The position numbers and the translations under genes were made by a program. The notes below the pieces were generated by a model. That model was not told the DNA's origin and made no database searches. It worked only from the letters and a program-made list of their open reading frames with translations. From an uncultured Chloroflexia bacterium (lineage in GTDB: Bacteria > Chloroflexota > Anaerolineae > Anaerolineales > Anaerolineaceae), in contig OY969938.1 in NCBI GenBank assembly GCA_963704755.1, forward strand, positions 3,030,001 to 3,062,000: a DNA stretch of 32,000 nucleotides, written 5' to 3'. Position 1 is the stretch's first letter. Every line of letters begins with the position of its first letter. Shown piece after piece: positions 1 to 8,580 of the stretch.

Positions 1-2035
1 CGCTGGATCCAGGACCAGACTCGTTTCCAGGATGCTCTTACCGCAGCCGGATACAATGTGGAGATCCTCTTCAGCCAGGGTGACTCGGCCAAGGAAAAGA
101 CCAACGTCGAATCCTTGCTGGCCAAGGGCATCAAAGTGCTGATTATCTGCCCGCAGGACGGTAACGCAGCGGCAGCAGCAGTAGAAGAAGCCAAGCAGGC
201 CGGCGTGAAAGTCATCTCGTATGACCGCCTGATCACCAACACCGACGCGGTCGATTACTATGTGACCTTCGACAGTGTAGCCGTGGGTGAGAAACAGGGC
301 CAGTACCTGGTTGACCACGCCACCGGAACGGGCAACCCGCTGTACCTGTATGCCGGGGCTGCCTCCGATAACAACGCCTTCCTGTTCTTCCAGGGGGCCT
401 GGAACGTACTGCAACCCAAGATTGCGGATGGCACCTTCGTGATCAAGAACTCCAGCGCGGCCGTAGCCGTACAGGACAAAGCCGAACTGACTCGTGACGA
501 AGAAGCCAGCATCATCGGGCAGGTCACCACGAACTGGGACTTCAACACGGCCAAGAACCTGGCCGAGGCCAACCTGACCTCCGCCACCGCCGCGGACAAA
601 GGCAACGTCTTCATTCTGGCCCCGAACGATGGCACCGCTCGCTCCATCGCGGACGCCTTCGCGGCTGACAAAGACGTGACCAGCTACATCGTGACCGGGC
701 AGGATGCCGAGAAAGCCTCCGTCCAGTACATCATCGACGGCAAGCAGTCCATGACCGTGTTCAAAGACGTGCGCACCCTGGTCAACGACGCCATCACCAT
801 GGCCGTCGCCCTGCTGCAAGGCCAGACCCCTGCGACCACCGGCAGCTACAACAACGGTGCGATCGACGTCCCGGCCAAGCAGTCTGAGGTCATCAGCGTG
901 GACAAAGACAACGTCCAGTCCGCCCTGATCGACTCGGGTTACTACTCCGCCAGTGACTTCACCGGTTTGACCGGCTCCACCACCGAGCCCACCGCTGCTC
1001 CGCAGTCCAACGCCCCCGGCGGTCAACTGGCCGTCGGTATCGTTCTGCCTACCAAAGACGAACCGCGCTGGATCCAGGACCAGACTCGTTTCCAGGATGC
1101 CCTCCAGGCAGCTGGATACGATGTGGAGATCCTCTTCAGCCAGGGTGACTCGGCCAAGGAAAAGACCAACGTCGAATCCTTGCTGGCCAAGGGCATCCAG
1201 GTGTTGATTATCTGCCCGCAGGACGGTAACGCGGCGGCAGCAGCAGTGGAAGAAGCCAAGCAGGCCGGCGTGAAAGTCATCTCGTATGACCGCCTGATCA
1301 CCAACACCGACGCGGTCGATTACTATGTGACCTTCGACAGTGTAGCCGTGGGTGAGAAACAGGGCCAGTACCTGGTTGACCACGCCACCGGAACGGGCAA
1401 CCCGCTGTACCTGTATGCCGGGGCTGCCTCCGATAACAACGCCTTCCTGTTCTTCCAGGGGGCCTGGAACGTACTGCAACCCAAGATCGCGGATGGCACC
1501 TTCGTGATCAAGAACTCCAGCGCGGCCGTAGCCGTACAGGACAAAGCCGAACTGACTCGTGACGAAGAAGCCAGCATCATCGGGCAGGTCACCACGAACT
1601 GGGACTTCAACACGGCCAAGAACCTGGCCGAGGCCAACCTGACCTCCGCCACCACCGCGGACAAAGGCAACGTCTTCATTCTGGCCCCGAACGATGGCAC
1701 CGCTCGCTCCATCGCGGACGCCTTCGCGGCTGACAAAGACGTGACCAGCTACATCGTGACCGGGCAGGATGCCGAGAAAGCCTCCGTCCAGTACATCATC
1801 GACGGTAAGCAGTCCATGACGGTGTTCAAGGACGTGCGCACCCTGGTCAACGACGCCATCACCATGGCCGTCGCTCTGCTGCAAGGCCAGACCCCTGCGA
1901 CCACCGGCAGCTACAACAACGGCGCGATCGACGTCCCGGCCAAGCAGTCTGAGGTCATCAGTGTGGACAAAGACAACGTCCAGTCCGCCCTGATCGACTC
2001 GGGTTACTACTCCGCCAGTGACTTCACCGGTTTGA
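1..2035 (+). repeat. 1065-bp tandem direct repeat (1-970 versus 1066-2035), in frame, about 98% identical
   Basis: cgctggatccaggaccagactcg occurs at 1 and 1066, and accggtttga at 961 and 2026. The offset is a constant 1065 nt (355 codons). Only scattered substitutions, mostly at third codon positions. Confidence 0.95.
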
Positions 2036-2040
2036 AGTAA
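1..2040 (+). CDS. Sugar ABC transporter substrate-binding protein, ChvE / type I PBP family, 5'-truncated by the window edge; contains two complete tandem binding-domain copies
   Basis: Frame 1 is open from base 1 (RWIQDQTRFQDAL...) to TAA 2038-2040, so the listed GTG at 58 is internal. Motifs PTKDEPRW, KVISYDRLI, SDNNAFLFFQGAW, VTGQDAEKASVQYI and TVFKDVR are colinear with Agrobacterium ChvE-type multiple-sugar receptors (recalled from memory). Matching ATPase and permease genes follow. Confidence 0.85.
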   Translation, partial: RWIQDQTRFQDALTAAGYNVEILFSQGDSAKEKTNVESLLAKGIKVLIICPQDGNAAAAAVEEAKQAGVKVISYDRLITNTDAVDYYVTFDSVAVGEKQGQYLVDHATGTGNPLYLYAGAASDNNAFLFFQGAWNVLQPKIADGTFVIKNSSAAVAVQDKAELTRDEEASIIGQVTTNWDFNTAKNLAEANLTSATAADKGNVFILAPNDGTARSIADAFAADKDVTSYIVTGQDAEKASVQYIIDGKQSMTVFKDVRTLVNDAITMAVALLQGQTPATTGSYNNGAIDVPAKQSEVISVDKDNVQSALIDSGYYSASDFTGLTGSTTEPTAAPQSNAPGGQLAVGIVLPTKDEPRWIQDQTRFQDALQAAGYDVEILFSQGDSAKEKTNVESLLAKGIQVLIICPQDGNAAAAAVEEAKQAGVKVISYDRLITNTDAVDYYVTFDSVAVGEKQGQYLVDHATGTGNPLYLYAGAASDNNAFLFFQGAWNVLQPKIADGTFVIKNSSAAVAVQDKAELTRDEEASIIGQVTTNWDFNTAKNLAEANLTSATTADKGNVFILAPNDGTARSIADAFAADKDVTSYIVTGQDAEKASVQYIIDGKQSMTVFKDVRTLVNDAITMAVALLQGQTPATTGSYNNGAIDVPAKQSEVISVDKDNVQSALIDSGYYSASDFTGLK

Positions 2041-2060
2041 TTCCCCTTTAGACCATTTCG

Positions 2061-2099
2061 TACAGGAATAGTGGTGATCATTTCACCACTATTCCTGTA
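2061..2099 (+). terminator. Intra-operon stem-loop after the binding-protein gene (16-bp stem, no clear U-tract)
   Basis: tacaggaatagtggtg (2061-2076) pairs perfectly with caccactattcctgta (2084-2099). Confidence 0.4.
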
Positions 2100-2227
2100 A
2101 AATTCCAGTATAAGCAATCATTTGTAGCAAAACTCCTTGAGATGCAGGGGTGCTTCCCTTGAAGAAGACTTTTTGCCTGAAAAAAGTCATAAAGGCGGAG
2201 CGAAAGTTCATTTATTCCGGAGTTGTG

Positions 2228-3748
2228 ATGGAAAACCCTTTGTTAGAAATGAGAAGTATCACCAAGGAATTTCCAGGCGTGAAAGCCCTGGATAAGGTAA
2301 GCTTTCAAGTCGCCAGGAACGAAATACACTGCCTGGTAGGCGAGAATGGGGCGGGTAAATCGACGTTGATGAAGGTATTAAGCGGGGTATACCCATTTGG
2401 CGACTATACCGGGGATATCATCTTTGAAGGCGAAACCCAGAAATTTCGGGGCATTAATGATACTGAAAAAGCCGGTATTGCTATTATCTACCAGGAATTG
2501 GCACTTATCCCAGAACTGACGGTCTACGAAAATATATTTCTCGGCAACGAAATTAGAAGCGGGGGATTGATCAACTGGAACGAAACGATCAAAAAAGCAA
2601 CTGAAATGCTCAAGAAGGTCCGGCTGGATGTCAACCCAACCGTGAAGGTGAAGGAACTGGGCATTGGCAAGCAGCAGTTGGTGGAAATTGCTAAAGCGCT
2701 TAGCCGGAACGTCAAGCTGTTGATTTTGGACGAACCGACCTCATCTTTGAACGAAAGCGATAGCAAAAACCTGCTGCAATTGCTGCGCGGGTTGAAGACC
2801 GAAGGGGTGACCAGTGTACTGATCTCCCACAAGCTCAAAGAAGTGATCGATATTGCCGATACGGTGACCGTACTGCGGGATGGCCGCACGATTTGTACGC
2901 TGAACGCTCACAATGGCGAAGTAAGTGAGAACATCCTCATCAAGCACATGGTCGGGCGGGAGATCGACAATATCTATCCGAGGCGCGAGCACCGCTATTC
3001 GGAAGAGGTTGTCTTCGAAGTAAAGCATTGGAACGCGTATGCCCCGGCGTTAGGACGGCAGGTGGTCAAAGATGCCGCGTTATACGTGAAAAAGGGCGAG
3101 ATCGTCGGGCTGGCCGGGCTGATGGGATCCGGCCGTACCGAGCTGGCTTTGAGCATTTTTGGTAACCCAACCGGTTACCGCATCGAAGGGGAAATGTTCT
3201 TGCGGGGGAAAAAGGTATCCTTCAAACATCCTCACGATGCCATTGCAAAAGGACTGGCCTACGTAACCGAGGACAGGAAGGGGAATGGGCTCATCCTCAT
3301 TCAAGACGTCAAGCAGAACATCACCCTGGCGAACCTGCGTGAAATCGCCGAACGAGGGGTGGTCAATGCCAATGCTGAAGTCAAAATTGCCAATGAATAC
3401 AAGGAAAGCCTGAATATCAAGACCCCCAGTGTCGAGCAAAAGGTGTCCAATTTGAGCGGCGGCAACCAGCAAAAGGTCTGCCTGGGCAAATGGCTGTTTG
3501 TCAAGCCCAACCTGTTGATTTTGGATGAGCCTACTCGTGGGATCGACGTTGGCGCGAAGTACGAGATCTATCTGATCATGACCCGGCTGGTCAAGCAGGG
3601 CATGAGCATTATCATGATTTCCTCAGAATTACCCGAAATTCTGGGGATGAGCGATCGAGTATACATTGTCGCTTCTGGCCAAATCGCGGGCGAAATGCCG
3701 GCTGAGGAGGCTACCCAGGAAGCAATAATGAAATTGGCAACGAATTGA
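2228..3748 (+). CDS. Sugar ABC transporter ATP-binding protein with duplicated nucleotide-binding domains (GguA/XylG/MglA class)
   Basis: ATG 2228 lies 7 nt after GGAG (2218-2221). Two Walker A motifs (GENGAGKST, GLMGSGRTE), two Walker B motifs (LLILDEPT twice) and the signature LSGGNQQK. The YPFGDYTGDIIFEG segment is typical of GguA-like proteins. Confidence 0.92.
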   Translation: MENPLLEMRSITKEFPGVKALDKVSFQVARNEIHCLVGENGAGKSTLMKVLSGVYPFGDYTGDIIFEGETQKFRGINDTEKAGIAIIYQELALIPELTVYENIFLGNEIRSGGLINWNETIKKATEMLKKVRLDVNPTVKVKELGIGKQQLVEIAKALSRNVKLLILDEPTSSLNESDSKNLLQLLRGLKTEGVTSVLISHKLKEVIDIADTVTVLRDGRTICTLNAHNGEVSENILIKHMVGREIDNIYPRREHRYSEEVVFEVKHWNAYAPALGRQVVKDAALYVKKGEIVGLAGLMGSGRTELALSIFGNPTGYRIEGEMFLRGKKVSFKHPHDAIAKGLAYVTEDRKGNGLILIQDVKQNITLANLREIAERGVVNANAEVKIANEYKESLNIKTPSVEQKVSNLSGGNQQKVCLGKWLFVKPNLLILDEPTRGIDVGAKYEIYLIMTRLVKQGMSIIMISSELPEILGMSDRVYIVASGQIAGEMPAEEATQEAIMKLATN

Positions 3749-3759
3749 GGAGACCCAGA

Positions 3760-4944
3760 ATGTCGTTTTTTAGCCACGCACAGAAAGCACTGCGACAAAA
3801 CATTCGCGAATACGGCATGTTCATCGCCCTTTTCGTCATTATGGTGATTTTTACCATTACCACCAAAGGGGTGTTCGTTTCATCGAGGAATTTGAGCAAC
3901 TTGTTGAACCAGACCGGCTACATCGCCGTGCTGGCCGTCGGTATGACGCTGGTCATCGTGATCCGCCATATCGACCTATCGGTGGGTTTCCTGTCCGGCT
4001 TCCTGGGGGCCATCGCTGCCATTGCTATGGTGTTCTGGCACCTGCCGGTCTTCGTGGCCATATTGCTGGTGATGGGCCTGGGCATCGTGGCGGGGCTGGT
4101 CACGGCCTTCCCGGTGGCGCAGTTAGGTATCCCTTCGTTTGTGGCCTCCCTGGCCGGCTGGCTGATCTACCACGGCGCTTTGCTGCTGGTCACGGTCAGC
4201 ACCGGCACTATCATCATCCCGGATAAAACCTACAATGCGATCGGCAACGGCTTTATTCCCGATATCAATGGTCTAAATTTTTTGCCCGGCTTACATAAAT
4301 TGACCCTCCTGCTGGGGATTGTCGCCATTGCCTTGTTTGTGGTCAGTGAAATCAATAGCCGCAAGAAAAAGCAGGCCTACAACTTCGAAGTGCTGCCGAT
4401 GGATATGTTTATCCTCAAGCTGGCCTTTTTGGCGGTCATCGTCGGCGGGATCACCTGGGTGCTGGCCGGGTATAACGGCCTTTCCTGGACCGTGGTGGTC
4501 GTGCTGGTGGTGGTGATTATCTATAACTTCGTCGCCTCCCAAACGGTGCTGGGCCGGCACATCTACGCCATCGGCGGTAACCCCGAGGCGGCCGAGCTGA
4601 GCGGCATCAGCGTGAAAAAGCTGACTTACGTCGTATTTGGCTCGATGGGTATGCTGGCGGCTTTGTCGGGGGTTCTGTTCTCCTCGCGTTTGCAGTCGGC
4701 CACTACCACGGCCGGTAACTTGTTCGAATTGGATGCCATTGCCGCGGCCTACGTCGGTGGCGTGTCCGCCGCCGGCGGGGTCGGCAACGTGGTTGGTTCG
4801 ATCGTGGGCGCCCTGGTGATGACCTCGCTGACCAACGGCATGAACCTGATGGGCATCGACATCTCGCTCCAGTACATCGTCCGTGGCGCCGTTTTGGCCG
4901 CGGCCGTGATCTTCGACGTGGCCACCCGCAACCGCGGGAAATAA
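3760..4944 (+). CDS. Sugar ABC transporter permease (BPD_transp_2, GguB/XylH-like)
   Basis: ATG 3760 lies 7 nt after GAGGAG (3747-3752) and 12 nt after the ATPase stop. The protein is highly hydrophobic with multiple TM segments. The GGNPEAAELSGI and LDAIAAAYVGG motifs are typical of this permease family. Confidence 0.9.
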   Translation: MSFFSHAQKALRQNIREYGMFIALFVIMVIFTITTKGVFVSSRNLSNLLNQTGYIAVLAVGMTLVIVIRHIDLSVGFLSGFLGAIAAIAMVFWHLPVFVAILLVMGLGIVAGLVTAFPVAQLGIPSFVASLAGWLIYHGALLLVTVSTGTIIIPDKTYNAIGNGFIPDINGLNFLPGLHKLTLLLGIVAIALFVVSEINSRKKKQAYNFEVLPMDMFILKLAFLAVIVGGITWVLAGYNGLSWTVVVVLVVVIIYNFVASQTVLGRHIYAIGGNPEAAELSGISVKKLTYVVFGSMGMLAALSGVLFSSRLQSATTTAGNLFELDAIAAAYVGGVSAAGGVGNVVGSIVGALVMTSLTNGMNLMGIDISLQYIVRGAVLAAAVIFDVATRNRGK

Positions 4945-5045
4945 GTCCGCGCAGGTTTTCCTGTTTCGATAACCTTTCGGCTGTTGGCCGAAAATCAATC
5001 AAGCGCCCGATTGACTCACCAGAGGGGAATTGGGCGCTTAACTTA

Positions 5046-5100
5046 TTCGGGTGTTTTGTGTTTTGCGCGGCTTTCCCGCGCAAAACACAAAACACCCGAA
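5046..5100. repeat. Perfect 25-bp-stem hairpin downstream of the ABC operon (terminator-like palindrome)
   Basis: ttcgggtgttttgtgttttgcgcgg (5046-5070), loop ctttc, then ccgcgcaaaacacaaaacacccgaa (5076-5100). Confidence 0.8.
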
Positions 5101-5185
5101 TGGTTTATGGAGATAGATCCCTAAACTGCGGTTAAGGAAATTTCCCCGGGAATGTGTTACCCTACCAGAGAAAGGAGATCGATAG

Positions 5186-6127
5186 ATGAGCACAATCAAA
5201 GCAATCCTGACCGATCCGCAAGCAGCGGGTCGTTTTGTCCTCGCGGACGTAAATCAACCCACACCAACCGCCTCGCAGGCGCTGGTCAGCGTGGCCGCCG
5301 TCTCGCTGAACCGCGGCGAAGTTCGCCGGGCGATGTCCTCACAAGATCGCTATATCCCCGGCTGGGACCTGGCCGGGGTGGTGGAACAAGCCGCCGCGGA
5401 TGGCAGCGGGCCTCAGGCCGGCGCCCGGGTGGTGGGTTACCTGCCCACCGGCGCCTGGGCCCAGCAGGTGGCCGTGCCGGCCGATGCGCTGGCTCCACTG
5501 CCGGACAGTATTTCCTTCAGCCAGGCGGCAACCCTGCCGGTGGCCGGGATAACTGCGCTGATGTCGCTGGAAAAGGCCGGCAGCCTGTTGGGCCGGCGCG
5601 TACTGGTGACCGGCGCTTCGGGCGGAGTGGGCGACTTTGCCGTCCAGTTGGCTTACCTTTCAGGCGCCACGGTGACCGGCACGACCCGCCATAACCCGTA
5701 CGTGGCTATGGTGCGCGAGTCCGGCGCCGCCCACGTGGTGGTCGGCGACCCGGCCGGGGCGGCCGAGTTCGGCCCTTACGACCTGATCTGCGATGGGGTG
5801 GGCGGAGCCACGCTCTCGACCGTCACGTCCATGTTGGCGCCGGGCGGGGTGTGCGTCACCTACGCCGCGCTGATCGAGGCCGAGATTACGGTCAACCTGC
5901 GGGCGGTGGTGCAAACCCCCAGCGCCAACCTGACCGGCCTGATGGTGCTGGGCGAGCTGCGCAAGCAGCCGGCCGGGCCGCTGCTCAGCCGCCTGGTGGC
6001 GCTGCTGGAAGACGGCCGGCTGAACCCGCACATCGAGGTCGAGGCGCCCTGGAGCCAGGCAGCCGAAATCTGCCAGCGCCTGGTGGACCGCCAGTACGCC
6101 GGTAAAGCCGTGCTGCTGGTGGAATAA
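5186..6127 (+). CDS. Medium-chain dehydrogenase/reductase family protein, NADPH:quinone oxidoreductase-like
   Basis: ATG 5186 is preceded by AAAGGAG (5171-5177). The VLVTGASGGVGDFAVQLA nucleotide-binding motif is present, and the length and overall layout fit zeta-crystallin-like MDRs. Confidence 0.8.
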   Translation: MSTIKAILTDPQAAGRFVLADVNQPTPTASQALVSVAAVSLNRGEVRRAMSSQDRYIPGWDLAGVVEQAAADGSGPQAGARVVGYLPTGAWAQQVAVPADALAPLPDSISFSQAATLPVAGITALMSLEKAGSLLGRRVLVTGASGGVGDFAVQLAYLSGATVTGTTRHNPYVAMVRESGAAHVVVGDPAGAAEFGPYDLICDGVGGATLSTVTSMLAPGGVCVTYAALIEAEITVNLRAVVQTPSANLTGLMVLGELRKQPAGPLLSRLVALLEDGRLNPHIEVEAPWSQAAEICQRLVDRQYAGKAVLLVE

Positions 6128-6130
6128 GTT

Positions 6131-6188
6131 GCCTGCCAAAAAAGAAGCGCGCCGGGCATTTGCCCGGCGCGCTTCTTTTTTGGCAGGC
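6131..6188. terminator. Bidirectional terminator-like palindrome (28-nt arms with an A6/T6 tract)
   Basis: gcctgccaaaaaagaagcgcgccgggca (6131-6158) is the exact reverse complement of tgcccggcgcgcttcttttttggcaggc (6161-6188). Confidence 0.65.
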
Positions 6189-6375
6189 TATTCGCCTGTG
6201 GAAAGCATATCAAAACACAACTGGTTTTTAAAGGTCAATCGCCGGGATGAGGGGGGCATCCAGGCGATCGACAATGTTTAATATACCATAGATTTCCGTA
6301 TCTGGATTAAAAGAGATTAAAAAAAACCTTACAAACAGGTTACACGACCCGACCAAAAAGAAAATCGGGTTGATC

Positions 6376-6404
6376 TTGACACCCTACGGGCATGCTCTTA
6401 TAAT
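6376..6404 (+). promoter_or_regulatory. Consensus sigma-70-type promoter for tRNA-Asn
   Basis: TTGACA (6376-6381), a 17-nt spacer, then TATAAT (6399-6404), ending 11 nt before the tRNA 5' end. Confidence 0.65.
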
Positions 6405-6415
6405 ATTGCTCACGT

Positions 6416-6488
6416 TCCTCGATAGCTCAATTGGCAGAGCGGGCGGCTGTTAACCGCTAGGTTGCAGGTTCGAGTCCTGCTCGAGGAG
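6416..6488 (+). tRNA. tRNA-Asn (anticodon GTT)
   Basis: Cloverleaf folded by hand. Acceptor TCCTCGA/TCGAGGA, D stem GCTC/GAGC, anticodon stem GGCGG/CCGCT with loop CTGTTAA, T stem GCAGG/CCTGC with loop TTCGAGT. No encoded CCA. Confidence 0.92.
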
Positions 6489-6498
6489 CCTTACAGTT

Positions 6499-6540
6499 AA
6501 AGCGTGAGCGCGACCCATTGGGTCGCGCTCACGCTTTTTA
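6499..6540 (+). terminator. Intrinsic terminator after tRNA-Asn
   Basis: aaagcgtgagcgcgaccc / gggtcgcgctcacgcttt forms an 18-bp stem followed by a T-rich tail. Confidence 0.65.
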
Positions 6541-6608
6541 CTTACCTGGCCACATCATGATGAACCATTCTATGCGGTTTCAACAAATTGTCTCTTGCCG
6601 AATATCGA

Positions 6609-7049
6609 TTATGTCACCACGACGGTGATCGAGAACTGAATAGACGGAGTCGCACAGGCTGGTGTAGATTGCAGGCAGGTCGGATCGCCTGCAGCGGTTA
6701 GTGTCGCAGTGCCGGCTGCGTTGGCGTTATATATACCTTGTGCTCCGAACACCAGTGGGATGTTCGGCACCTGGCTGATCACGTTTTCATCGCTGATGGT
6801 GATATTCCAGGTGTAATCTGCACCTAATTTGAGCAAGAATCTCTGACCGACGGTCATATTAATCGTCTTCCCCTGATCAGCCAGGGTGACGATCGTCCCC
6901 TGATCGGTTGCCTGCTCAGTGGGCACGGCAGTTTCACTCGTGGTTACCGGCGTAGGGGTAGCAGCTTTACCGGCCGGCGGGACAGCGCACGCTGACAGCA
7001 GCCCCATTGCTAAAACTACCACTGTGAGGGACAAAACATTTCTGCTCAT
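6609..7049 (-). CDS. Small secreted lipoprotein, possibly a chagasin/I42-like beta-sandwich (product uncertain)
   Basis: ATG at 7049 lies 6 nt after AAAGGAGA. Signal peptide with lipobox LLSAC, a Thr/Pro-rich linker, then VGQRFLLKLGADYTWNI...GAQGIYNANAAGTATLTA, which resembles the I42 inhibitor layout. Confidence 0.6.
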   Translation of the reverse strand: MSRNVLSLTVVVLAMGLLSACAVPPAGKAATPTPVTTSETAVPTEQATDQGTIVTLADQGKTINMTVGQRFLLKLGADYTWNITISDENVISQVPNIPLVFGAQGIYNANAAGTATLTAAGDPTCLQSTPACATPSIQFSITVVVT

Positions 7050-7151
7050 TTGTATCTCCTTTCTGCGGTTGGGGAGTGATCGCAAAGAATATTGACCGAA
7101 CGATAAAAGGACGGGTTATGACGTCACAACCCGTTGCCTGCTTATAGCGGT

Positions 7152-7202
7152 GAAAAAAAATCAGTCCAATTCAGCAATCCCCTTGGGGATTGCTGAATTG
7201 GA
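7152..7202 (-). terminator. Intrinsic terminator of gap (minus strand)
   Basis: tccaattcagcaatcccc (7165-7182) pairs with ggggattgctgaattgga (7185-7202). On the minus strand the stem is followed by T8 (complement of a8 at 7153-7160). Confidence 0.7.
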
Positions 7203-7224
7203 TCACTGCCGAGGTATGCACCGG

Positions 7225-8223
7225 CTATATGGCTTGCACCATCTCTACCGCTTCCTTCACCATTTGGTTGGAAAAGCCCCATTCGTTGTCATACCAGCTT
7301 AATATTTTCACCAGATCACCGTCAATGACCCGCGTCATCCCTAAATCTACGATTGAGGCGCGCGAGTCGTGGACAATATCAGATGAAACAATCGGATCAT
7401 GAGTAATTCCCACGATACCCTGATAGCGGTCGCTGGCCGCTTCTTCGCTGATTATCTGGTTCACCTCGTCCGAACTTGTAGTTCGTGCGGTGACGATGAC
7501 AATGTCGGCGACCGATCCGATTGGGACCGGCCCGCGAATCGCGATGCCATCGAAAAGCCCCTTGTACTGCGGCAGCGCTTTGGTTGTGGCTATTGCTGCC
7601 CCCGTCGTAGTAGGCACAAAATTGGCTGCGCCTGCCCGGCCGCGCTCGAGACGCTTACTTGGCCCATCGACGAGCGCTTGAGAAGCTGTGTACGCGTGGA
7701 CTGTCGTCATGATCGCTTTTTTAATCCCGATACGCCGTCCGATGATTTCGATCACCGGGGTGATGCAGTTGGTTGTGCAACTCGCACAAGCAATGATATG
7801 CGTATTTTTGTCGATCGTATTGACGCCATGAACCACGGTAACAACGTCATCGCTTTTGGCTGGCGCAGACAATATAGCGTTTTTTGCACCCGCACGAATA
7901 TGTTTTTCCAGGTCTTCCCTTTTTGTAAAAACACCGGTGCATTCGAATACCAGGTCAATTTGCAGGTCCTTCCAGGGAAGCTGCCCAGGATCCCTTTCAC
8001 TTAAAAGCCGGATGGAGTGATCTCCAATAACCAAATTGTCGCCTTCTGCATGAACTGGTTTGTCATACCTGCCATAAACGGAATCGTATCTGAGCAAGTA
8101 AACAATGTTCTCAGGTGAAATGATGTCATTAGCCGCCACCAACTCTAACCCGGGCGTATTCAGGATAATCTTTAGCGTTGCCCGGCCTATTCTACCCAAA
8201 CCATTAATCGCAACTTTTGCCAT
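7225..8223 (-). CDS. gap: Type I glyceraldehyde-3-phosphate dehydrogenase
   Basis: Motifs INGLGRIGR, catalytic ASCTTNC and WYDNEWGFS. 332 aa. Confidence 0.93.
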   Translation of the reverse strand: MAKVAINGLGRIGRATLKIILNTPGLELVAANDIISPENIVYLLRYDSVYGRYDKPVHAEGDNLVIGDHSIRLLSERDPGQLPWKDLQIDLVFECTGVFTKREDLEKHIRAGAKNAILSAPAKSDDVVTVVHGVNTIDKNTHIIACASCTTNCITPVIEIIGRRIGIKKAIMTTVHAYTASQALVDGPSKRLERGRAGAANFVPTTTGAAIATTKALPQYKGLFDGIAIRGPVPIGSVADIVIVTARTTSSDEVNQIISEEAASDRYQGIVGITHDPIVSSDIVHDSRASIVDLGMTRVIDGDLVKILSWYDNEWGFSNQMVKEAVEMVQAI

Positions 8224-8294
8224 GATTTACCTTCATTCTCAAATTAAATCCCTCGTTCAAAAAACAAGGGTTTAGTGCTCGTCCGAAAAACAAT

Positions 8295-8343
8295 TTCTTG
8301 GGATGTTTGTTCAGGCGCTGGGCCTGCACAAACATCCCAAGAA
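8295..8343. repeat. Long hairpin in the gap upstream region
   Basis: ttcttgggatgtttgt (8295-8310) pairs with acaaacatcccaagaa (8328-8343). An inner caggc/gcctg pairing extends the stem. Confidence 0.75.
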
Positions 8344-8580
8344 TAATTTGCGGATGGATGTTTAAATATTATACGTCGCATTTCGGATGATTTTTATCTT
8401 ATTGCTTGGTTTTGGTTGGTTTGAGGCAAAGGCGGTCATTGTAGGGCATGAATTAAAAACCCGACTGGCTGTATTTGCTCTGGGTTTACTTGGCGGCGTT
8501 GGGATGGGCTCTGTGTTTCGGCATCGTGGGGACGCACCGGCTGGGCAGTTGGTTGAGTTTTGGCGTACCGGCTTTCTTGC

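Noticed and set aside
58-2040. GTG at 58 as the start of the binding-protein gene, and TTG at 2150 as the start of the ATPase.
   Set aside because: The reading frame is open from base 1 and base 1 onward repeats the sequence at 1066, so the gene starts upstream of the window. For the ATPase, ATG 2228 has a GGAG site and gives the canonical N-terminus.
4291-4998. Long antisense or alternative-frame ORFs inside GC-rich genes. Examples: 4291-4998(-), 5660-6139(-), 11742-12500(-), 13598-14506(-), 23298-24101(-), 24186-24974(-), 28518-29450(+), 30610-31437(+), 21241-21921(-).
   Set aside because: They lie opposite to, or out of frame with, genes that have clear family motifs. Their translations are Arg/Gly/Pro/His-rich low-complexity sequence typical of shadow ORFs in GC-rich DNA, and they lack ribosome-binding sites.
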